Source: Candidatus Hodarchaeota archaeon (GTDB lineage Archaea > Asgardarchaeota > Lokiarchaeia > Sigyniarchaeales > SOKP01). Taken from it: a stretch of DNA of 64,000 nucleotides. The translations under genes were made by a program, and so were the position numbers. The notes below the pieces were generated by a model. The model had not been told where the DNA came from. It made no database searches and saw only the letters and a list, made by a program, of their open reading frames with translations. This document shows, piece by piece, positions 55,950 to 64,000 of this stretch (position 1 is the stretch's first letter; each line of letters begins with the position of its first letter). The stretch lies in contig JBHLJY010000005.1 in the NCBI GenBank assembly GCA_048887225.1, positions 32,001 to 96,000 of the forward strand, written 5' to 3'.

Positions 55950-57545
55950 CTAAGGCTGAAATCCTTTTTTTGCTGCGCTGCTTGCTTTAATGATTCTATC
56001 AACCCTTAAAACTAAATTTGCCAATTCGCTTCCAGACTTTAATAAATGAGTTATCAATGCAGCTGGTTCAATGATACCTTTATTAAAATTGTTTCCTATG
56101 GTATTCGTAATAGTGTCAATTCCAATCCATTTATCAGCGTTGGTTTTATGTGCAGCTCTTAATTCTGTCAATCTTTCAATTTCATCCAAACCAGCATTAC
56201 TAATTAAGGTTTTAGGAATTTCTTCGAGCGCAAGGGCAAAGGCAGTTACAGCAATTTGTTCTTTGCCACCAATTTTATTAGCGTAATCTTTTATTCTTTT
56301 AGCGAGCTCAAGATAAATTGCTCCACCACCAGCGACTACCATTTGAGTGTCAATTATTTTGGCAATTACGGATAAAACATCGTTTAAAGTAATTTCCGCA
56401 GAGTTTAATACTTTGTCGAGGCCCCCTTTAAGTAAAATCGACACAGATTTAGGATTTTTACATCCAGTAAACATTGCGTATTCGTCATTGCCAATTTTTT
56501 CAAATTTAACTATTTCGGCATAGCCTAAATCGGTTTCGGTTAATGAAGTTAAATCATCAATTTGATTTGCCTCAACGGCTTTTAAAACCGCTTTCATATC
56601 GCTTTCGCCTAAATTTTTTATTGCTGCAATTCCTTCTCTGGCTAAATATGCACTAAACTTATCGGAAATGTCTTTATTGTTTACAATCATTTTTACTCCT
56701 AATTCCTTGAAGATCTTTAGATAATCTTGAAGAATTTTTTCTTCTTGATCCAAAAATCCTTGCATATCAGCAGGGCTAAAGATTTGGATTTGAGCATCAA
56801 ACTCTGTTTTTACAACATCTAATTTCTTTCGTAAAACAGCAATCTTCACATTTTTCAACATATCTGACATAGCAGGATTAACTTTTTCTTTTTGAATGTA
56901 AACACCGTTAATTAATTCAGAATCCTTAAGAGATTTTCCAGGAGCTTTGATAAATTTTATGTTTCCAACTTTATCAAACGTATTTTTCTCGTCAGCTATC
57001 TGCTTTACTGCTTTTAAAGCTAAATCTGCAAAAAAATCTTTTAATGGAGCAATATCTTTCGCGTTCATTGCTGTCATTGCAGCATTCTTAAGAACATCGT
57101 CGTCATCTTTTGAAATTTTAGTGGCAATTTTATTTACAATTTCAATTGCTTTATTTGCGGCTATTTTATAACCAGTGGTGATATGCTTAGGATGAAGGTC
57201 TTGCTCAATCAATTCTAAAGCGTTTTTTAGTAAAGCTGCCGAAAAAATTACCGCAGAAGTAGTTCCATCACCTATATCAGTGTCGATCGCCTTAGCTATA
57301 TTTACCATCATGATAGCAGCTACATTTTCAAGGTCTAATGCTTTAAGGATTTCTGCTCCATCATTAGTGATAGTCGTATCACCTAAAGAGTCTACTAGCA
57401 TCTTAGCCATTCCTTTAGGACCTAATGTTGTCCGTACAGTCTCAGCTATAGCCATCATAGCATTAATATTTTGTTGCCGAGCTTCTTTTTCACTAGTCTC
57501 TTCGGTTCCTTCTTTCAAAATAATGATTGGTACGCCAAATGACAT
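55950..57545 (-). CDS. Group II chaperonin (thermosome) subunit
   Basis: TTLGPKGM, ITNDGAEIL, GDGTTS, GGGA. Confidence 0.95.
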   Translation of the reverse strand: MSFGVPIIILKEGTEETSEKEARQQNINAMMAIAETVRTTLGPKGMAKMLVDSLGDTTITNDGAEILKALDLENVAAIMMVNIAKAIDTDIGDGTTSAVIFSAALLKNALELIEQDLHPKHITTGYKIAANKAIEIVNKIATKISKDDDDVLKNAAMTAMNAKDIAPLKDFFADLALKAVKQIADEKNTFDKVGNIKFIKAPGKSLKDSELINGVYIQKEKVNPAMSDMLKNVKIAVLRKKLDVVKTEFDAQIQIFSPADMQGFLDQEEKILQDYLKIFKELGVKMIVNNKDISDKFSAYLAREGIAAIKNLGESDMKAVLKAVEANQIDDLTSLTETDLGYAEIVKFEKIGNDEYAMFTGCKNPKSVSILLKGGLDKVLNSAEITLNDVLSVIAKIIDTQMVVAGGGAIYLELAKRIKDYANKIGGKEQIAVTAFALALEEIPKTLISNAGLDEIERLTELRAAHKTNADKWIGIDTITNTIGNNFNKGIIEPAALITHLLKSGSELANLVLRVDRIIKASSAAKKGFQP

Positions 57546-57655
57546 GTTTAATCTTCCTATTAATTATTTTTAAATCCGAATTCTTAATCAATTAAAGTCA
57601 GAATATTTTTTTAATTTTATGATTTAGGGTTCTTTAAATATTATCAAAAAAGAAG

Positions 57656-58111
57656 TTAAATTTCTATATAAGAAGAATTTTTATATTCCTTTAGAACCAT
57701 ATTGGAATTCGTCCGTAAAACATATTCTTTTTCATTTAATTCTCTAATGAATCTGTGAACTTCTTCTGATTCTTTAAATCTACATATTAGGGCTGCTGAT
57801 TGCTCTCCTGTGGTATGAAATACAGAGCAAACCTCTGGCTTTTTTGTTACCTCATCTAATATTTCAGAAGTATGCTTCCCGTCAATTTGTATGCGGATTA
57901 AGAATGTTAATTTGTATCCTAGTTTAATATTGTTTAATTTTAAAGTGTAGCCTTCTATAATTTGGTTTTTTTTTAATTTTGATATGCGATTGTGAATTGT
58001 ACCAATTGAAATCCCCAGCTGATCTTGAATTTCTCTGTACGACTTACGGGCGTCCTCTTGTAATATTCTCAATATATTTCTGTCAATATCGTCAAGTTGT
58101 TCTTTTTTCAT
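57656..58111 (-). CDS. Lrp/AsnC transcriptional regulator
   Basis: LDDIDRNIL..DARKSYREI..GISIGTIHNRI. Confidence 0.92.
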   Translation of the reverse strand: MKKEQLDDIDRNILRILQEDARKSYREIQDQLGISIGTIHNRISKLKKNQIIEGYTLKLNNIKLGYKLTFLIRIQIDGKHTSEILDEVTKKPEVCSVFHTTGEQSAALICRFKESEEVHRFIRELNEKEYVLRTNSNMVLKEYKNSSYIEI

Positions 58112-58275
58112 GAGAAATAACCAGCAAGAAAAAATATGATTTTATTTAAAACCATTATAATTTATTTTCAAAAATATATAAAACTTGTTCAATTTTTTAA
58201 AATTCAATTAAACGATCATTTAATTAAAACTAAATTAAGTTAAAAGTTTATAAAAAAAATTCATATGTATATAAA

Positions 58276-58689
58276 CTATTTCTTATAAACCTCATCTGGG
58301 TTAAATACTTTTTTTCCTATTATCTTAAATTCCCCATCTTTAAATTCATTATAAAAACACGTGTCATACCCTTTATGACAAGCAGCCCCAATTTGTTTTA
58401 CTTTAAATAAAATTGAATCCTTATCGCAATCTGTTATAACATTTTGAATTTCTTGGACATGCCCAGATGTTTCCCCTTTTTTCCATAAAGCCTTTCGCGA
58501 TCTTGAATAGTAGTGTGAGAAACCTGTTTCCAGAGTCTTTCTAATGGCATTCTCATTTGCAAATGCTAACATTAAAACCTCACTTGTTCTATAATCTTGT
58601 GTGATTATTGGTATGATTCCGTCTTTAACTTTTGAGAAATCAAGTAATTTAATAAATTTATCAATTTCTTCAGAAGAATATTTTATCAT
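58276..58689 (-). CDS. hisI: Phosphoribosyl-AMP cyclohydrolase
   Basis: YYSRSR, WKKGETSGH, DCDKD, ACHKG..CF; ATG at 58689 preferred. Confidence 0.95.
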   Translation of the reverse strand: MIKYSSEEIDKFIKLLDFSKVKDGIIPIITQDYRTSEVLMLAFANENAIRKTLETGFSHYYSRSRKALWKKGETSGHVQEIQNVITDCDKDSILFKVKQIGAACHKGYDTCFYNEFKDGEFKIIGKKVFNPDEVYKK

Positions 58690-58756
58690 ACTTATCAAAA
58701 TTTTTATTTTGTATATATTTTTTAATATTATCAAACCAAACTAAATAAAAATTATT

Positions 58757-59887
58757 ATGTCTGACGAGTTTAAAATCGATCCGTGGTCGAGCACGAATAT
58801 CTTGGAAGAAGATTACGTACGATTAATAGAAGAATTTGGTATCGAGGAAATCAGCGATGTTATGCGCTTAAAAATAGATAATCGATTTATCAGACGCAAG
58901 ATTATATTTGGGCATCGTTCTTTAGAAGATATTGTTAAAGCAGTTGAAAAAAACAAACCTTGGGCAGTTATAAGTGGTATCAAACCGTCAGGACCTTTCC
59001 ATTTAGGCACATTAACTACGGCATTAGAAATCGTAGAGTTCCAGAAAATGGGAGCAAAAGCATATTATTGTATTGCTGACATTGAAAGTTGGGAGGATAA
59101 TGGGATTACTTATGAAGAAGCTGAAAAAGACTCAATAGATAATCTTGCTGACATTTTGGCACTTGGGCTAGATCCTTCTCCTGATAAGTGTTATGTTTGG
59201 AGACAATCAAAAGAACCTATTGTAATGGATGTGGCATTTAAGGTTGGTCGTTTATTAACACAGAATATGATTAACGCAATCTACGGTGAAAAACCTTTTG
59301 GTCTTTATTTAGCCGCACTTATTCAAGTAGGAGATATTGTTTTACCGCAAGTAATGGATGGACCCCAACCAACTGTAGTTCCGGTAGGAATTGACCAAGA
59401 TCCTCATATTCGCCTTACCAGAGATTTATCACGTAGATATTACAAAAAGAAACAAGTTGATGGAAAGGTTATTCAAGAAGCTTTTTTTTTACCTGGAGCC
59501 ACTTATCATAAATTATTACCTGGTATAGATGGGTCAGAAAAGATGGCAAAAAGAAACCCCAACAGCTATTTTACATTTAACGAGCCATTACAATCAATTA
59601 AAAAGAAAATAAAGGGTGCTTTAACAGGAGGTAGACGCAATAAGAAAGAGCAACAAGAACTTGGAGGAGAACCACAGAAATGCATGATCTATAAAATTTT
59701 AATGTATCATTTTGAAGCAGACGATGAAAAACTAACAAAAGATTTTGAAGAATGCATTAAAGGAGAACTAATGTGTGGTGAACACAAGAGAGAATGCATT
59801 GAAAAAGTTATTAAATTTGTTGAGGAACATCGGAAGAAAAAGGATAAATTAATTGATAAAAGCAGAGAGTTGTTAAATATCGATTAG
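58757..59887 (+). CDS. trpS: Tryptophanyl-tRNA synthetase (archaeal type)
   Basis: IDPW, GIKPSGPFHLG, QVGDI, PVGIDQDPH, KMAKR, TGGR, MCGEHK. Confidence 0.92.
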   Translation: MSDEFKIDPWSSTNILEEDYVRLIEEFGIEEISDVMRLKIDNRFIRRKIIFGHRSLEDIVKAVEKNKPWAVISGIKPSGPFHLGTLTTALEIVEFQKMGAKAYYCIADIESWEDNGITYEEAEKDSIDNLADILALGLDPSPDKCYVWRQSKEPIVMDVAFKVGRLLTQNMINAIYGEKPFGLYLAALIQVGDIVLPQVMDGPQPTVVPVGIDQDPHIRLTRDLSRRYYKKKQVDGKVIQEAFFLPGATYHKLLPGIDGSEKMAKRNPNSYFTFNEPLQSIKKKIKGALTGGRRNKKEQQELGGEPQKCMIYKILMYHFEADDEKLTKDFEECIKGELMCGEHKRECIEKVIKFVEEHRKKKDKLIDKSRELLNID

Positions 59888-59913
59888 ATATAATAAAAGG
59901 AAAAAAAAGGTAT

Positions 59914-60843
59914 TTAAGCAAATAAAGAATCGAATATATTAAATATTTCATCGACTAAATTTGGAAATTTTTCCAACAATGTTTCTTTCTTATTTTCCTC
60001 AATTATAACCGAAATATAGTAATTATATTTTTTATATATTATTCTATGCAAATACGATAAGAAGTTATCTTCTATAGTAAAGAAATTATGCTCAGTTTTT
60101 TCCTCTTCTAACATCCTTTTTAATAAGAACAGATGTTCTTTAATATTTTCTAAGAGTATTATATAATGGTCCGAATCTATTAGCTCGCTATAAAATTCAC
60201 TTATAATTATTCCATTTTGATCAAATAGAATGAGTGAAGAACATTCAAACTCTTCTAAATAATCCTCTAAAAGGATTGACAGCTCAAAAAACGCTTTATC
60301 AAAAACAGAGAGTCCGTAAGAAACCAATTGAACAATTGAAATAATGTCATAAATTGAAGTCTGTTGAAATAAAATCTTGAATTTAGGATTTTCTTTTAAG
60401 ATTTTTTCTCTTAAATCATTAATATTATAAAGTATCTCCTCACTGTCTCTTAATTGTGGATCAAATTTATGAAAGCTTATGATAAGAGGTACATTTTCCA
60501 TTTCATTATTTTGAAAATATTTTAAGATTGTATTAAGATATTCTAAACTTAAGTCAAATCTAGATTTGTCTTGGATATCAATTATATAAACGAGTAAATC
60601 GGTGCCAGCAAAATACATATCTTTATTTTTTTCGTAGAGTTCTCTGTATTGTTTTTGTCCACCCATATCCCAGTAATAAACCCTATTACCTAAAAAATTC
60701 GAAGCACTATACTCAACTTTGACAGTCGGTTTCAATTGCATTATTTCTTTTTCAAAATCAAATTTTTTATCTAAAGCTGTTAATATAGAAGTCTTACCAG
60801 CGTTGTCTAAACCACTAATAATAATTTTTATAGCATTTTCCAA
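59914..60843 (-). CDS. Arf/Rag-like small GTPase with a C-terminal roadblock/longin-like domain
   Basis: GLDNAGKT, PT, WDMGGQ, HKFD, TSI; C-terminal 'ILFDQNGIIISE' segment. Confidence 0.88.
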   Translation of the reverse strand: MENAIKIIISGLDNAGKTSILTALDKKFDFEKEIMQLKPTVKVEYSASNFLGNRVYYWDMGGQKQYRELYEKNKDMYFAGTDLLVYIIDIQDKSRFDLSLEYLNTILKYFQNNEMENVPLIISFHKFDPQLRDSEEILYNINDLREKILKENPKFKILFQQTSIYDIISIVQLVSYGLSVFDKAFFELSILLEDYLEEFECSSLILFDQNGIIISEFYSELIDSDHYIILLENIKEHLFLLKRMLEEEKTEHNFFTIEDNFLSYLHRIIYKKYNYYISVIIEENKKETLLEKFPNLVDEIFNIFDSLFA

Positions 60844-61039
60844 TTAAATCACTAAAAATTTAACTTAACTTAATATAATTATTAATTAAACTTTCTTAAT
60901 TTAATATTTTCTTAATAAATCATTATCAATTTGATTGGGGGTTTTTATATTATTTCTGTAATATAAACATCATATTCGTATTTTTTACAGAGCTTTTTCA
61001 ATTAATCTTCATTTTAATAAATCTAATTTGTTGTATTAA

Positions 61040-61291
61040 TTGATTGAGAACGCAGCAAAATTTGAAAAAGAAAATAATTTTTTAGTAAATTTACAGCACC
61101 AAATTATTCGAAAATATTATAGGTTTTACAAAAAAATTCCAGAATATCACGATAAATTAGATAATTTAAATTTCAAATTAAAACTAAAAGAATCAATACA
61201 GAAGATAAGAAGAAAATTCGAAATGACGCAAAAAAGAAAAAATTATGCTGCTGTAGTAAGTGAATTTGAAGATTTATTACAAAATCATTGA
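61040..61291 (+). CDS. Small hypothetical protein
   Basis: 83-aa ORF filling an intergenic gap; start uncertain. Confidence 0.45.
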   Translation: MIENAAKFEKENNFLVNLQHQIIRKYYRFYKKIPEYHDKLDNLNFKLKLKESIQKIRRKFEMTQKRKNYAAVVSEFEDLLQNH

Positions 61292-61337
61292 TATTTATGG
61301 AAAATAATCTTTTTCATTCATTATTAAAATTTTTATG

Positions 61338-61760
61338 CTATTCTCCAATAATTTGAACATAGATAGTTCTAGAGCGTGGTTTTTCATCACATTCAATAAA
61401 AATAATTTGCTGCCAGGTCCCTAATATTAGCCTCGCATTTTGGAAAGGAAATGTTTGAGAAGTTTTAATCAAGAAACTTCTTAAGTGCCCGGCTCCGTTA
61501 TAATCATGCCATGTTTTATGATGTGCGTAATTTTTTTTATAAGGAAGAATTTTTTCGAGAAAATCTTTTATATCGTGCTTAACTAATCCAGGTTCATATT
61601 CTGTAGTTGAGATTGCTCCCGTAGAACCAGCAATATGGACATTTACTAACCCATCTTTGATGCTACTTTTATTTATAGCGTCTTGAACTTGATGAGTTAT
61701 ATCAATGACATCGCAATATGCATTTGTTTTAATTTGAAATGATTTCAATATAACTGTCAT
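61338..61760 (-). CDS. YjbQ/UPF0047 family protein
   Basis: IDIT, GSTGAI, NGAGHLRS, LGTWQQIIFIECD; ATG at 61760. Confidence 0.92.
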   Translation of the reverse strand: MTVILKSFQIKTNAYCDVIDITHQVQDAINKSSIKDGLVNVHIAGSTGAISTTEYEPGLVKHDIKDFLEKILPYKKNYAHHKTWHDYNGAGHLRSFLIKTSQTFPFQNARLILGTWQQIIFIECDEKPRSRTIYVQIIGE

Positions 61761-61891
61761 AAAACAACACAAAAATTCAAGCGCTATATCTTTATAGTTT
61801 AAAGAATTTATAATAAATGATATAATTAATAAATTTATTTATGATTTTAATTTAATTATTTTATATTACACTACTTCATTAAGAATAAAAA

Positions 61892-62317
61892 ATGAAAAAT
61901 GAACGGTTAAAAGAATTCTTGAAAAAGATTCATAATCCTAAGAACAAAATTCCAGAATACTTAACTATTACAATTCGCCCTGGAAAAAACATAATGGATT
62001 TTAAAATTAAAAAGGAAAAATCTAATATGTTGAAAGTAATTGCCCACCAAGAAGATAGAAAGGGCTGGTTCCTTCATTCGTACCATATACCTATAAAGAA
62101 TTTAGGTCTTCGAAATGACTCTAAAAATAAAGAAATTCTACCTTATCTCAACGATCCTCGCATGATCACGGGCGATAAAGCTACTAGAGACTTAGTAGAG
62201 GAAATTTTAAGAAAATATATTGAAGTTCTCTCAGAAAGAAAAAATCATTTTTTTAGAACTGAAAGGTTCAAAAAGAAAAAGGAGTTAAGAGTTGGAACTC
62301 AATTGAAAGGATTTTAA
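61892..62317 (+). CDS. Hypothetical basic protein
   Basis: 141-aa ORF with an ATG start. Confidence 0.7.
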   Translation: MKNERLKEFLKKIHNPKNKIPEYLTITIRPGKNIMDFKIKKEKSNMLKVIAHQEDRKGWFLHSYHIPIKNLGLRNDSKNKEILPYLNDPRMITGDKATRDLVEEILRKYIEVLSERKNHFFRTERFKKKKELRVGTQLKGF

Positions 62318-62334
62318 TTTCATTTTATTACTGA

Positions 62335-63201
62335 CTAATCTGTTAAGGGCATCCCATTAAGATCAACAATTTCTCTTTTTTTGGGCTTTCTAGCTTGATA
62401 AGGATTTTCAATATCTTTTATTTTTCGACCAAATGTTAAGTACCCTGAATGTCCTATCATTCTAACTTCTGGCCGAGTTGCGCTTTTTTTAACCTGGATT
62501 TTTCTTTTAAGTAATTCATAGCTATTAATCTCAAAAAAATCGTTATTCCTCATAGCAAATGTGGTCTTTTTGACTTGTTCAATTGTAGGTGAAAATGATA
62601 CTAAAACACCACTTAATTTTAGGTATTCTTTTACTTTTTCAATCGCCTTCCATGGTTGAGCCATATCCAAAACAACAGAATCTACATTTTTATGCTTTAA
62701 ATCATCTTCTATAATATTACCATGTTGGATGGAAACCACTCCTTCCAAATTAGCTTTTACTACGTTTTTTTTTGCTCTAGCTAGAAATTTTTCATTTACA
62801 TCGTATGAATAAATATGTCCATTTGGTCTCACAGAATTTCCTAAAATACAAGTTAAAGCTCCAGAACCACAACCGGCCTCAATAACTACGCTACCCGGTC
62901 CTATTCCCGAATAAATTAAAATCAAACCAGCATCTTCGGGATAGATTATCTGAGTTTTCCGACCCATATGAAGAATATAATCAGAAGGTAAAGGTTTAAG
63001 TACAAAAAATTTGTATCCTTGGCTTTCATATGGTTTTGAAAAAACACATGAACCAAAAGGTTTCTCTATTATATCATCAAATTCAATAATTCCTCGATGT
63101 GTATGAAATGATTCACCCTTCTTTACTTTTACTAACCATCTTCTTCTCTCGTCAAGAATTAAAAATACTAAATCATTTTCTTTGATTTTTCCAGCATCCA
63201 T
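62335..63201 (-). CDS. trmI: tRNA (adenine-57/58-N1)-methyltransferase
   Basis: FHTHRG, RKTQIIYPED, EAGCGSGALT, LDMAQPW, FSPTIEQV, HSGYL. Confidence 0.93.
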   Translation of the reverse strand: MDAGKIKENDLVFLILDERRRWLVKVKKGESFHTHRGIIEFDDIIEKPFGSCVFSKPYESQGYKFFVLKPLPSDYILHMGRKTQIIYPEDAGLILIYSGIGPGSVVIEAGCGSGALTCILGNSVRPNGHIYSYDVNEKFLARAKKNVVKANLEGVVSIQHGNIIEDDLKHKNVDSVVLDMAQPWKAIEKVKEYLKLSGVLVSFSPTIEQVKKTTFAMRNNDFFEINSYELLKRKIQVKKSATRPEVRMIGHSGYLTFGRKIKDIENPYQARKPKKREIVDLNGMPLTD

Positions 63202-63332
63202 TTCTCTAGCTTATTTTTCGTTAAATTTTTCAATTATTTCTATTATGCGTAAATATCTTAAATTTTTTAATATAAGTTGTATATTGCAACTTATAAAACC
63301 TTGTTTATAAATACTCTTTAATGAACAAATCA

Positions 63333-64000
63333 ATGAGTAAAGATAAAACATTTCAAATTTCTCAACTTTCTTTTAAGGAACTTCAAAATAAAATAGAAGA
63401 TTTTAAAAAAAAGAGGGATGACTTAAATCAAAAGACAAAAGAATATATTAATCGATTGCAGGAAATAGAATTTGAAATTATTGAGTCACTAAAAACTGCC
63501 AGAGATGTATACAAACCGAAGCGAGATCATTGGAATAAAAAAGTCAAACAATTAAAAAATAAAAAAATTGAGTATAAAAAGCTCTTAGATACTCTCATTG
63601 ATGAAAAAAAAAAACATCAAAAACAAAACGGCAACGGTCAAATCTCTGAACATTTCACTTCTGTTAAACAGCTAGAGCGTAAAATTGATAATTTAGAGAG
63701 AGTAATTGAGACTGAAAATTTGGATATTAATAAAGAAAATGAAATTGTAGATAAAATCAGAGATTTAGAAAGAAAAAAGCAAAAACTTGTGGCAGAACAA
63801 CAAAATAATGGTATTTATAAAATTGGGCGTAAAATTGAAATTGTTAAAATTAATCTAAATAAAATTTACGAACAATTGGCTAAATGGTCTGGTAAATCTC
63901 AGAAATTTCACATGAAAATGCTTGAACTATATCAAGAAGCTAATCAATTAAAAGAAAATAAGAAAAAAATTGAAGAAGAATTAATAGAAAACAAAAAGGC
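63333..64000 (+). CDS. Archaeal coiled-coil protein (partial, runs off the window)
   Basis: Open from ATG 63333 (or 63321) to the end; heptad-rich; 'IETENLDINKENEIVDKI' and 'SQKFHMKM' segments; absent from the ORF track because no stop is in the window. Confidence 0.8.
   Translation, partial: MSKDKTFQISQLSFKELQNKIEDFKKKRDDLNQKTKEYINRLQEIEFEIIESLKTARDVYKPKRDHWNKKVKQLKNKKIEYKKLLDTLIDEKKKHQKQNGNGQISEHFTSVKQLERKIDNLERVIETENLDINKENEIVDKIRDLERKKQKLVAEQQNNGIYKIGRKIEIVKINLNKIYEQLAKWSGKSQKFHMKMLELYQEANQLKENKKKIEEELIENKK

Noticed and set aside
266-59010. Numerous antisense or nested ORFs in the track (e.g. 1338-1727, 6830-7333, 11423-11821, 38882-39250, 57280-57573)
   Set aside because: They lie opposite or within well-supported genes and have shadow-ORF composition

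Overview
AT-rich archaeal chromosome segment, most consistent with a Lokiarchaeia-type Asgard archaeon. The assignment is inferred from gene content: Rag/Arf-like and other small GTPases, an LRR protein, a vWA-C4HC3 zinc-finger protein, thermosome, CDC48 and an intron-containing tRNA. The window is mostly metabolic and housekeeping: DAP-lysine genes, leuCD, argG, hisI, trpS, trmI, PEPCK, and a heat-shock operon (hsp20-cdc48-regulator). C1/methyl metabolism is dense: cdhD, a core methionine synthase, a radical SAM/UroD-methyltransferase/corrinoid trio, and two metV-metF pairs, one in an hdrA(x2)-mvhD/hdrC/hdrB operon. No CRISPR, rRNA, integrase or transposase was seen. Highlights not in the ORF track or not obvious from it: (1) a box C/D guide RNA between lysA and dapB whose D-guide appears to point at the SSU helix-34 G methylated by eukaryotic snR56/U25; (2) a tRNA-Pro(UGG) with a 32-nt intron at a non-canonical position; (3) three genes that appear to start at ATT/ATA; (4) an acetogen-like Hdr-MvhD-MetVF operon; (5) several candidate operators and a motif-rich 590-bp intergenic region. 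All family assignments come from motif recognition by eye; no searches were run.
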